DNA of 64,000 bases from Mesotaenium endlicherianum (Eukaryota). How positions within the stretch are numbered: the first letter of the stretch is position 1; each line of letters starts with the position of its first letter. This document shows positions 51,201 through 60,367 of the stretch, piece after piece. Below the pieces are notes generated by a model that made no database searches, had not been told where the DNA came from, and was given only the letters and a program-made list of their open reading frames with translations. The stretch is taken from the NCBI GenBank assembly GCA_009602735.1, contig WELA01002708.1, positions 1 to 64,000 on the forward strand. The letters are read 5' to 3'. The translations under genes and the position numbers were made by a program.

Positions 51201-52527
51201 CAATGAACAAACGGTCACAATAGCCGTAGATGTGTTCCAGCAACCGGTTGCCGCTTTTGATGTGAAGATAAATGGCACCAGCGCCAGCTTCATTAATAAG
51301 TCTTCTGCCTTTGCCGATAAATGGATCTGGGATTTCGGTAACGGCAAAACAGCTACGGAAAAAGAACCGGTCTTCAATTTTGGAACAGACGGCGATTATA
51401 ATGTAAGTCTTATTGCAGTCAACGGCGCCTGCAATTCAGAGAAAGTCACTAAAAAAGTAACCATTACCACGCCCGATCTTACCATCACCATTCCCAAAAA
51501 CAGCTTCTGTGCAAATGATAAGCCGGTAGAAGTAACCGGTACGCCTGCCGGTGGAACGGTTAGTGGAGAAGGTATTACAAAGGATACCGCCGGTAAATTC
51601 ATGTTCAATCCAGCCAATGTACTCTTGCAGGGAGCAGACCAGAAAAAACTAACGTTAACCTACGCAACTGCCGGTAAATCAAAAGGAACGGATGTAACCG
51701 TTTATGCAGAACCCAAAGCAAGTTTTGCTGTTACCAATGGCTCCACTCCTTCTCTGAAACTGTTCAGGAATACTTCTGTACCTGCTACCGGAACGGTGGC
51801 GTGGAATTTCGGCGATGGCAAAACTTCCAACGAAGCCAATCCTTCACATGATTTCCAGAAAGATGGATCTTATACCGTATCACTTACTGTTTTAAATGGC
51901 TCCTGTGCCGCTACGGCTACGCAAACAGTTAAGATCGTGCTGCCTGTTGTAAAAACTTGTTATACGCTGAATAATGCGATCACTGCATTCAATACATTGA
52001 ATACCACCGAGAATGCGCGCCTGCTCGATCAGGCAACACAGAAAGCCTTTACCACAGCCATTGTGCCCTTCTTTAAAGACCTGAAAGGAATAGATGCAAT
52101 GGGCGCACCCGATAAACAATTGAAAGCCTTTCAGCAAATGAATACGGTAACTTCCATGACCAACTGGATACGGATGTTGGTGATACCTTATCTGGAACTT
52201 ACGAACAGCAGGCTGCAGAATATGGAACTGGCAAGGATACTGACAGACATCGCTTTCTATATCGCCTGCATACAGCCGGCAGATATGGATAAAGCACAAG
52301 TGCTTACCAATACCTATTTCACACAACTCAATGAGTACCTGGGCAGGGTAAATGCAGTCGCCAGGCAGTTTACAGCCGATCAGAAAAAACAATTGCAACC
52401 GGAATTCAACCTCTTCCTGAATGATGTGAAGGCAGAAGAGGAAAGAGTAACCACCAATAAAGAAACCACCGTTAAACCATTGTACACGCATATCCTGGCA
52501 GGATATATACCGCTATTGAGTATTTAA
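48286..52527 (+). CDS. Large PKD-domain protein, putative tail fibre / adhesin
   Basis: N-terminal F..DQLLT..LN...GIVCGL fibre-attachment-like motif; DFYLPYLCC; two PKD domains (WDFGNG, WNFGDG). Confidence 0.7.
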   Translation: MQQTQFNYPEFVPDQLLTSGNLNELFGYLEEQERITRTNLLGIGIVCGLEVRTNTSGTELTITKGCGVTSDGYLVSFPETTYTQYKAYDPVKQKYYERFVDIKPDDKSKKLFDLDELVESAVAEKTTSLSAAYLADKVVLLYVELLEENAKNCNPNSCDDKGKEVTITFKPLLVNKAVADKWLSQQASGSTPAAYLALPILKMHRFNIIATQLRSSGQVLEEYRKILNPAFIDSVQNAFIETYKLLSPLVKDLYGTNPFAKFSQEFAFLHTTINQTEAINLQYYYDLFSDLVLAYEELRETGMEIISMCSPDHNLFRLHLLLDLAIHDAGAISSQYRTYFIPSPILGCHCKQTVRLRWLFKRMVLMLQNFFISLSVKGGFGASWKLEYEMLVKRSIHTSIRITPSRLGNIELAEKSIPFYYQVAQGKDKLYEAWSLERSQESSAREILSYHADEYANDDYTKNPLRYDLEPYNFLRIEGHIGQPYKTALRTILSIRNQYRLPFDVIALSADINSLKTSLESLGKMDTVSKLIEQYAEQLQCDCEFQDLEALYDTLSAELTCTLCKEAKYYYDISITKAAADVQPAAPKFPLLKKCDPSFKVKPGTLGYEFEQYYARTAKISAAEYMMYSYDNRAMYENAYTQYFALLLSMGKLTDTLTLTLGTFNQAHFDTAYTAMLATAERIRVQITNAAGALSAERAQTLVHIDQLIAVCIQKQIDTLYRDYLLRWVYVMMLQKFGYFIQSHPGIQHKAGVPVGGTFILVYHEKPIGYTPIDIAKGEVMLAENAGMRTAVEKKYSVATHIKDLLGNIPMGSRYIGGSRNIYKTPVKTIEKEPVEMAPDEFKIATEKQLEALHTLLDTTHEKEIDLDKVLSNLANYTVIADFYLPYLCCSDCPPVLFTVNELVVQPKINVTPTTFCSGDSKTYPIDSSPAGGEVTGEGVTKDNNNKYGFTPNAIKLAPADKEKHITLTYTINEQTVTIAVDVFQQPVAAFDVKINGTSASFINKSSAFADKWIWDFGNGKTATEKEPVFNFGTDGDYNVSLIAVNGACNSEKVTKKVTITTPDLTITIPKNSFCANDKPVEVTGTPAGGTVSGEGITKDTAGKFMFNPANVLLQGADQKKLTLTYATAGKSKGTDVTVYAEPKASFAVTNGSTPSLKLFRNTSVPATGTVAWNFGDGKTSNEANPSHDFQKDGSYTVSLTVLNGSCAATATQTVKIVLPVVKTCYTLNNAITAFNTLNTTENARLLDQATQKAFTTAIVPFFKDLKGIDAMGAPDKQLKAFQQMNTVTSMTNWIRMLVIPYLELTNSRLQNMELARILTDIAFYIACIQPADMDKAQVLTNTYFTQLNEYLGRVNAVARQFTADQKKQLQPEFNLFLNDVKAEEERVTTNKETTVKPLYTHILAGYIPLLSI

Positions 52528-52529
52528 CC

Positions 52530-54017
52530 ATGCATGCAGGCAAACATATCATCGGGAAACAGTTCCTCGACATCACATATAACGGTAACACCGATGGTAT
52601 TGCTTTGCAGCGAACAACGGAAAACATGTTGCGCAAGGAATTGTTGCCGCAGTTGGAGGCATTATTCGACCGTTATAGTCCAGATGATGAAATAATCTCT
52701 ATCGACCGGTTGGCGTTGGAGTTCACACTTGATTCCAATGATATGGAGAACAACCTGGCACAACGGATCATCGAGGGACTCAACGAAGCACTTGCCAGAA
52801 AGATAAAGGATAAAAGTGCGCGGCCAACACCTGCATCGAAATTTGTACAACTGCTGATCTTCTATCTCCGGAACGGATACCTGCCTTGGTGGAGCCATTT
52901 TACCGGAACAGGAAACTGGCATTCCTTTGTTCTGGAAAACCTTTCTGCTTCTTTACCGGCATACGAAAAAGGGCAATTGCAGGCAGTCATACAGGAAACA
53001 CAGGCACGTCAAAGAGTGGCCGTACAGTTCCATGAAACGTATTTCTGGGAACTGATCAATATACTGTCTGGTTCACAAACAATATTCAACGCATGGTATA
53101 ATGATTTGCAGCATATCACCGAATGGATAGCACGTACAGATCAGCAACAATCATTTCGCGTTAATATCCGGTTATCTATATTGCAGTTCCTCTCTACTCC
53201 TTCGGGAGGAAGCAGCCAGTCACCTAATGCAATGAGCGAACAGTTGGCGAAAATAGTAAAAGCGCAATTGGAAGAAGTATTACCAAAAGGCACCCTTCAC
53301 AAAGAAATAGGTACGCTGAAACTACTTATTGATGAACTAAACAACAAGGATTTTAAAGCACTTATGACACAAGAACTGCGCAGGGAAAAAACAACATCAT
53401 CCGGGTCAACATCTCAACAGGCAACTAATGCAGACAAGACGGAAACCGATACACAGCAAAAAGAACAACCTCCTGCCGCTGTCAATGCAACGCAGGATAA
53501 TCAGCCTGTGCTATCCGAAGCTGACACCATTTACATCAACAATGCCGGTTTGGTAATCGTAGCGCCCTATCTTGGACGATTTTTCGATAAGCTCGGATTG
53601 TTGAATGATAACCAGATCAATAATGTGTCCAGGGCCATCACCCTGTTACAACATATCGTTACTGGTGAAAATGAGTTCGAAGAGTTTGAAGTGGTATTAC
53701 CCAAACTCTTATGCGGCTTGAAGCCACAAGACCCCATTCCTCAGAAATACCAGCTTACAACAGCCGATAAGGAAGCTGCAGCTGAATTGTTGCAGGCGGT
53801 GATTACCAACTGGCAGGTATTGAAAAACACTTCAGTTGCAGGCTTGCGTGAATCCTTCCTGCAAAGAGAAGGCAAACTGAACATGGCAGGTGATCAATGG
53901 CGCCTGAAAGTGCAAACATCATCTTACGATATGCTACTGGATTACCTGCCCTGGAATATTAAAATGATCAAATTAGCCTGGATGCAATCGTTGCTGGTGG
54001 TGGAATGGAATGACTGA
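52530..54017 (+). CDS. Contractile injection system tape measure protein (Afp14-like)
   Basis: HIIGKQ...IDRL, YLRNGYLPWW, INNAGLVIVAPYL, FLQREGKL, LLDYLPW. Confidence 0.85.
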   Translation: MHAGKHIIGKQFLDITYNGNTDGIALQRTTENMLRKELLPQLEALFDRYSPDDEIISIDRLALEFTLDSNDMENNLAQRIIEGLNEALARKIKDKSARPTPASKFVQLLIFYLRNGYLPWWSHFTGTGNWHSFVLENLSASLPAYEKGQLQAVIQETQARQRVAVQFHETYFWELINILSGSQTIFNAWYNDLQHITEWIARTDQQQSFRVNIRLSILQFLSTPSGGSSQSPNAMSEQLAKIVKAQLEEVLPKGTLHKEIGTLKLLIDELNNKDFKALMTQELRREKTTSSGSTSQQATNADKTETDTQQKEQPPAAVNATQDNQPVLSEADTIYINNAGLVIVAPYLGRFFDKLGLLNDNQINNVSRAITLLQHIVTGENEFEEFEVVLPKLLCGLKPQDPIPQKYQLTTADKEAAAELLQAVITNWQVLKNTSVAGLRESFLQREGKLNMAGDQWRLKVQTSSYDMLLDYLPWNIKMIKLAWMQSLLVVEWND

Positions 54018-54034
54018 TAAACTGTGTTGATCGT

Positions 54035-57000
54035 ATGTTCTCAACTGCTGAAAAAACATCAAAGACCGCGTCATCAGCTCCAAAACAAGGAGCTGGCGGT
54101 AGTTTTTTCAGGAAAGCGGAAGCGCTTTCTTTTTTCGGAACACAGGAAACACCTTCATTTTTCAACGGTGGAAGTTTCATACAACCAAAATTATCTGTTA
54201 GCAGTCCGGATGACCCACACGAAAAAGAAGCCGATGCCGTAGCAGACCATGTGATGCGCGCACCCGATACGGCAACACCTCAACTGAAACAGGAAGACAA
54301 CGAAGTACAGCGAAAAACAGCGGCAGACGACGATAAAAAAGAACTGCATCCCAAACTGGAAACACCGGCTATAACAGCCATACAGTGTAAGGAAGAAGAA
54401 GGTACTACTTCCGATGCTGAAGTGATACAAACCGCTTTACTGCAAAGACACGGCCGCGCACCGCCAACTCCCGTAACAGGTTTTGAACAACAACTGACCC
54501 ACTCCAAAGGAGGAGGCAGCGCTTTGCCCGGCTCTACCCGCCAGTTCATGGAAACCAGGTTTGGCGCCGACTTCGGCGGAGTACGCATTCATACCGGCGC
54601 CGTAGCAGAATCGCTGAGCAGTAATATACAGGCACAGGCATTCACACACGGTAACGATATTTATTTCAATGCCGGCAAATATGCACCCGATACAGGGGCA
54701 GGCGGTTTATTGCTTGCCCATGAATTAACGCATACCATCCAACAAGGCGCCAGCAAATCCGTTGCATCCAACACGCATCCTGTTGCGCGCAAACCCATCT
54801 TACAACGAACAGCGTCTGACCGGCCTGTTCCTTCACAATTGAATAATGCCGTAGCCAAAGCCAAATCGGAAGTAGGTAAAGTGAATGCCGATAAAGAAGG
54901 GGCTGATGGATACCGTACCGGTTGGGAAAGACTGGTAGAATATTTCAAAACAACATTGGGCGCCGATAAAGTATTGCCGCAAGGCGCTGCCATGGTGCAG
55001 GGTGCCGTTGCGGAACAGGATATAAAGAAACAAAGAAGGGTTAATGGACTGCCGCCCGCTAATCCACGCCCCGCAAGCGGACCTTATCAAAGAGATGCTA
55101 TGCCCAGTTGGTGTGGCATATTTGTGTTCTGGTCGCTCCACAAAGGCGGCGTGCCCCTGAATCCCTGGATACTGGGTGGCCATAATATAGACCTGAATGC
55201 CGCCTACCCTCCAGGCTACCACCCGAAAGCCGGTGATATTGCCTATCGGAATGCATTCTCGCATTATGCCATTGTTGAAAAATCAAACGGCGATACTGTT
55301 ACAACGGTTAACGGCAATACGGCCGGTGAAGATAATCTTGGCGGGCAGGTACAGGTAAAAGATCATCCCCTTGCCAATTGGACAGGCTTCTTCGATCCAT
55401 TGATGATGAAGAACGGAGAATTGGGTGCAGGTGAACAGGCCGCAGAAAGCAAACCCAAAACATTGCGCGAACTGCGACAGGAATTATTCCATGTAAACAG
55501 GAAAATGCAGGACGGCCCCGAGCCTGAACAAGAGATGACCGAAGAAGTACACCTGCAAGCCAAACAGGAACCGCTGAGTAGCTGGCAGGTGAACGAGAGT
55601 GGCCGGTTAACACATGCGCCACCTGTGGTTCAACCTGCCGCTGTGCAGGCGAAAGAAGAACCGGTGCAACAGAAAGACGAAGAGCACAAAGAGGAAGAAG
55701 AAAAACACGCGCCGGTACCGGTACAATTGAAAACAGCTGAACCCAAAGTGCAGCGCTCCTGGTTGAGTGATGCATGGTCTACCGTGTCAAATGCCGTGGG
55801 CGATCTTGTATCGCAGGGACTCGAAGCCGGTAAACGCATCCTGTTAAGAGAGGCACGCGATTTTGCAATGGCCATACCGGGTTATCGTGCATTGCGGGTG
55901 GTATTGGGTGAAGATCCCATCACCAATGAAGTAGTAGAAAGGAACGGCCATAATTTCATAGAAGCGGCATTCGACATTATGCCGGGTGGCCGGTTATTGC
56001 ACCAGAAGCTCGAAGAGTTGGGTGCACTCACCGATGCGGAAGCATGGGTAGATCAGCAGATAGCCAACCTCGTATCTGTTGTACACCGCATTGTTACCAG
56101 TATTGAAAACTTCTGGTCAAGCTTGTCATTGGACGACCTGGGCAGTCCGCAACGCGTATTTGAACGCATTGGCAATATTATCCACGACACTATCAGCAGC
56201 ATTGTGCGTTTTGCCGAGAACGCCGCAAGCGAATTACTTTCTATTGTCAAGCGCTTCCTGTTGAACCAACTGGTTTCCTTTGTACGCAATCATACAACAG
56301 CCTACCCCTTGCTCTGTGTGATACTGGGTGAAGACCCCATCACACACCAGCAGGTAGCGAAGAATGGAACGAATATCCTCAATGCATTACTGGAACTGGG
56401 TGGCGAAGAAGGAAGAGAGCAAAGGCGGCAGATGCAGGATACCGGCACTTTCCAACGGATCGCAGCATGGATCGATCGCGGCATAACGGTATTCAGTAAT
56501 GCATATGAACAGATACGGGCAGGTATTGCATCGATCTGGGATTTTGTGTCCATCGAAAGCCTCATGCATCCCATCGATACCTTCAATCGTATCTACAACA
56601 TATTCGCACCGCCGATACAACAGGTATGGAATTTCGTGCGCGATACAGCAGTGGTGATATTGCGTTTCATCAAAGAAGTATTGCTGCGCAGGTTGTCGAA
56701 CTGGGCAAGAACAGTGCGCGGATACCAGTTACTCACCGTGATCATTGGCAAAGATCCGTTCACCGATGAAGTCGTTCCGCGCACGATGGAAAACATCATC
56801 CGTGGCTTCATGAGCCTGATGGAAGGCGGACTGGAACAGTTCAACCAGTTGAAAGAATCAGGCGCTATCGACAGAACCACACAACGCATCAATGCGGCGG
56901 TTGACCGGCTCAACATGACGCCTGCCGGAATTGTACAACTGTTCATCAATCTCTGGCATTCCATGAGCCTGAACGATCTCATTCACCCGATCGATGCTTT

Positions 57001-59152
57001 CAGGCGCATCGTGGCTACATTCGGCGAGCCCATCGGCCGGCTCATTGCCTTTGTGGTAGAGATCGTCAAAATTGTTGTGGAAGTGATCCTGCAGGTGATG
57101 AACTTCCCCACCGATCTCATCAGCAATATCATCACCAAAGCCATGCAGGCTTTTGAAATGATCAAGCGCGATCCGGTAGGGTTCCTCAAAAACCTGCTGC
57201 GCGCCATCAAGGAAGGATTCACACAGTTCTTCAATAATATTCTCAGGCATTTGCTCAACGGACTCACGGGCTGGTTGATGAGCGAGTTACGTGACGCGAA
57301 TGTGCCCGCGCCGCAAGACTTCTCCCTGCGGGGCATCATCAGTTGGGTATTGCAGGTATTGGGATTGAGCATGGAAACCATCTGGCAGAAATTATCGGAA
57401 CATCCGCGGATAGGACCACAACGTGTAGCGCGCATACGCAGCATGATCAATACGCTGGAAGGCATCTGGACTTTCATCAGAGATGTACAGGAAAGAGGTA
57501 TTGTTGCCATCTGGGATAAGATACAGGAGCAATTGAGTAACCTGTGGAATACCATATTGGATGCTGTGAAGAATTGGATCATGGAGCAGATCGTAAACCG
57601 TGTGGTAGCCAGGTTGCTGAGTATGCTGGACCCTACGGGTATCATGGCCGTGATCAACAGCGCGATTGCTTTGTACAGAGCTGTACAATCCTTCATCCGT
57701 TACCTGCGAGAAATGCTTACAGTGGTGAATTCATTCGTAGAAGGCGTAGTGGAAATAGCGAGTGGCAATACAAGGCGTGCGGCAGACTTCCTGGAAAACA
57801 GTCTCGACAGGGCCATGCCCATCGTCATAGGCTTCCTTGCTAACCAAGTGGGCTTAAGTGGTGTGGGACGCCGCATTGCTGAACTCATAGGCGCTGCAAG
57901 ACAATTGGTTGACAGGGCTGTGACCTGGTTGGTGAACCGGGCTGTGGATACAGGCTTCGCTTTATTCGACCGGTTGATGGCTGCGGGAAGAAGTGCGGTA
58001 GCAGCAGTGCTTGATTGGTTGGGATTCAGGGAAAGATTTGCTACGGATAATGGAACAAATCATACCATATATATAAGAGATTCCGGGCAAGCACCAACAC
58101 TGATTATTGAAAGTTCTCCTGTGGACGTTGCTACATTCTTTAACCAACAGGAAGCGGCTATTACTGCGTCATCAACTATGACTACCACAGATAAGAATAC
58201 TAAACTAGGAAAGATCACACATGGAAGGAATTTACTCCAAGGATTGCAAACATTAATGAATAGCGCCAAAGCTGCAAACAACTCAAATCCGAGGATTCCG
58301 CAAATGATTGTAGAAATCATTGGCGTTATAAAGGAAATTGAACCAGGTGGTACACAAGAAATGGTTCCCGCTGCCGAATTCAATCCCGGATTCTTAAATG
58401 CTAAAGCCAGTTCATTTTCTGCAAGATATGTTTACAGAGGTGGTACAACAGCTGCTGGGGTTGCCATACCTAAAAACCATGCTGATGGAACCGAACCATC
58501 GGATGCGAATTTGGTAGATGCATGGAGGATATTAACAGGATTGCAGTTAAGTAGTAGGTGGGTAAGGTTCCATATACTGAACAGAGAAGTAGGTGGTATT
58601 GCCGCCGACTCTAATTTAATTCCTACACCTACTTTGATCAACAATGAGTACAAGGATGCTTTGGAAACCGATTTGAAAGGATATTACAATTCGGGCCTGC
58701 CCGTTTGGCTACGGGCTTCGATAACTTACAGGCCTATTTATAATTCTTTGTTCCCGAATAGATATTCAGCACAAGCCGGGGCAATGAAATATCAAAATAA
58801 TCAATGGGTTGAGGACCCTACCAAACAAAAAACGTTTAATGTTAGTATTGACCCGCCTGAAAATGCAGGCTTTAATATTAATCTGGTCTTAACTGATGCT
58901 GATGCCCAGTATTTCATTGTAAATATGTCGACTGTAACAAGAGATATGATTGATGTTTTAAGAGCAAGAAGGCCAGCAAGCGGTTATACATATTATCGTC
59001 AAATGGAAAGAGCACTTGCATCCGAAGTTTTTGGAACTGACGTTCTATCTTTTGATCCGGAAGTTATTAGTGCGCTGAGTCCTACCCAGGCACAATCGAA
59101 CAGAATAAATGCATATAGAAGAGGATTGTCAAGTGTAAATTGGATTTTCTAA
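54035..59152 (+). CDS. DUF4157 multidomain cargo/effector: CHAP-like amidase, helical repeats and a nuclease-like C-terminus
   Basis: FGADFGGVRIHT...AHELTHTIQQ; WCGIFVFW...HYAIV...NGNT; HILNREVGG...NLIP...N. Confidence 0.8.
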   Translation: MFSTAEKTSKTASSAPKQGAGGSFFRKAEALSFFGTQETPSFFNGGSFIQPKLSVSSPDDPHEKEADAVADHVMRAPDTATPQLKQEDNEVQRKTAADDDKKELHPKLETPAITAIQCKEEEGTTSDAEVIQTALLQRHGRAPPTPVTGFEQQLTHSKGGGSALPGSTRQFMETRFGADFGGVRIHTGAVAESLSSNIQAQAFTHGNDIYFNAGKYAPDTGAGGLLLAHELTHTIQQGASKSVASNTHPVARKPILQRTASDRPVPSQLNNAVAKAKSEVGKVNADKEGADGYRTGWERLVEYFKTTLGADKVLPQGAAMVQGAVAEQDIKKQRRVNGLPPANPRPASGPYQRDAMPSWCGIFVFWSLHKGGVPLNPWILGGHNIDLNAAYPPGYHPKAGDIAYRNAFSHYAIVEKSNGDTVTTVNGNTAGEDNLGGQVQVKDHPLANWTGFFDPLMMKNGELGAGEQAAESKPKTLRELRQELFHVNRKMQDGPEPEQEMTEEVHLQAKQEPLSSWQVNESGRLTHAPPVVQPAAVQAKEEPVQQKDEEHKEEEEKHAPVPVQLKTAEPKVQRSWLSDAWSTVSNAVGDLVSQGLEAGKRILLREARDFAMAIPGYRALRVVLGEDPITNEVVERNGHNFIEAAFDIMPGGRLLHQKLEELGALTDAEAWVDQQIANLVSVVHRIVTSIENFWSSLSLDDLGSPQRVFERIGNIIHDTISSIVRFAENAASELLSIVKRFLLNQLVSFVRNHTTAYPLLCVILGEDPITHQQVAKNGTNILNALLELGGEEGREQRRQMQDTGTFQRIAAWIDRGITVFSNAYEQIRAGIASIWDFVSIESLMHPIDTFNRIYNIFAPPIQQVWNFVRDTAVVILRFIKEVLLRRLSNWARTVRGYQLLTVIIGKDPFTDEVVPRTMENIIRGFMSLMEGGLEQFNQLKESGAIDRTTQRINAAVDRLNMTPAGIVQLFINLWHSMSLNDLIHPIDAFRRIVATFGEPIGRLIAFVVEIVKIVVEVILQVMNFPTDLISNIITKAMQAFEMIKRDPVGFLKNLLRAIKEGFTQFFNNILRHLLNGLTGWLMSELRDANVPAPQDFSLRGIISWVLQVLGLSMETIWQKLSEHPRIGPQRVARIRSMINTLEGIWTFIRDVQERGIVAIWDKIQEQLSNLWNTILDAVKNWIMEQIVNRVVARLLSMLDPTGIMAVINSAIALYRAVQSFIRYLREMLTVVNSFVEGVVEIASGNTRRAADFLENSLDRAMPIVIGFLANQVGLSGVGRRIAELIGAARQLVDRAVTWLVNRAVDTGFALFDRLMAAGRSAVAAVLDWLGFRERFATDNGTNHTIYIRDSGQAPTLIIESSPVDVATFFNQQEAAITASSTMTTTDKNTKLGKITHGRNLLQGLQTLMNSAKAANNSNPRIPQMIVEIIGVIKEIEPGGTQEMVPAAEFNPGFLNAKASSFSARYVYRGGTTAAGVAIPKNHADGTEPSDANLVDAWRILTGLQLSSRWVRFHILNREVGGIAADSNLIPTPTLINNEYKDALETDLKGYYNSGLPVWLRASITYRPIYNSLFPNRYSAQAGAMKYQNNQWVEDPTKQKTFNVSIDPPENAGFNINLVLTDADAQYFIVNMSTVTRDMIDVLRARRPASGYTYYRQMERALASEVFGTDVLSFDPEVISALSPTQAQSNRINAYRRGLSSVNWIF

Positions 59153-59167
59153 ATAAATTTTAAATAT

Positions 59168-60367
59168 ATGGCAACCATTTTTAAAAGACGTAGACGCAGA
59201 TCCATCACTGCCAATGAGGGTAAGTTCTTTAAGAAAGAGAATACCCAGGAGCAAAGTTTTTTCAGCGGCGCTGATCATGATGGATTTTTCCAACCACAAC
59301 CGCAAACACAACAAGTACAACGAAAATGTGCTGAATGTGAGAATGAAGAAAAAAAGGCCCAGCGCATGACCGATGATAAGAAAGAAGAGGATAAAACCGT
59401 GCATCGCGAAACGGATAAAAAAGAAGACGACGATAAAAAGTTGCACCGGCAAACTGATGGGGCCGCTACTGCCTCAGGCGGCGCGGCTTCTTATGTCCAT
59501 TCGCTCAATGGCAAAGGTAGCCCGCTCCCTGCTTCTACAAAGCAATTCTTCCAACAAAGGATGGGCGTTGATTTCAGCCAGGTAGCCATTCATACGGAAA
59601 AGGAAGCCTCCGATTCTGCCAAAGCCATCAATGCAAAAGCCTACACAGTGGGCAATCATATCGTATTCAAAGAAGGACAATATGCACCGGATACATACGA
59701 AGGGAAAAAACTGCTCGCACATGAATTAATGCATGTGGTACAGCAGGCAGGAGCCATCATGCGGAAAGTAAATCCGGTAATCCATGAAGACGATGACAAG
59801 ACCGCTTTGAGGTCGGTTTCAGGTAAGGGAACGCTTACCGATAATAAAACCAATAATGGCGCTTCGGCAGATGTGAGCGCACAAACCACCGCCAATTACG
59901 ACCATGGCACTTTTACAACAGCCAATGCTACCAGCAACCGCGCAACAGGTTGTAGTGATTGTGGATCTGCTCCCTGTGCTACGATGAGTGGTGTTATGAT
60001 CTCGGTATTCCATGCGCATCCGGTTATTGCACCACCTGTTATGCCGCCCGGACTCACACCTTGTCAGCAGTTGCGCGTACAACATTTCATCAATAACGTA
60101 TTGATGCCGCACGAAAGACAGCATGTGGCGGCATTCAATACCTACAATGGAACAGTGCGTACACCATTTACGGTAACTGCGTGCCATACAGACCAGGGAT
60201 TGAGCGATGCGCTCCTCCCCTTGCACAACAGTATAGATGCCAGTCGTATTGCTGCCGCCAATGCCCTGAGTGATGCCCTGGATCCTTTCAATACCACAAT
60301 AGACATTGATTGCCAGGAGCCGAAAGCCCCTGCTTCCCCATCACCTAAAAAACAACAGAAGAAATAA
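59168..60367 (+). CDS. Second DUF4157 cargo protein with a C-terminal HExxH domain
   Basis: QRKCAECE, DFSQVAIHT...AHELMHVVQQ, second motif HERQH. Confidence 0.8.
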   Translation: MATIFKRRRRRSITANEGKFFKKENTQEQSFFSGADHDGFFQPQPQTQQVQRKCAECENEEKKAQRMTDDKKEEDKTVHRETDKKEDDDKKLHRQTDGAATASGGAASYVHSLNGKGSPLPASTKQFFQQRMGVDFSQVAIHTEKEASDSAKAINAKAYTVGNHIVFKEGQYAPDTYEGKKLLAHELMHVVQQAGAIMRKVNPVIHEDDDKTALRSVSGKGTLTDNKTNNGASADVSAQTTANYDHGTFTTANATSNRATGCSDCGSAPCATMSGVMISVFHAHPVIAPPVMPPGLTPCQQLRVQHFINNVLMPHERQHVAAFNTYNGTVRTPFTVTACHTDQGLSDALLPLHNSIDASRIAAANALSDALDPFNTTIDIDCQEPKAPASPSPKKQQKK

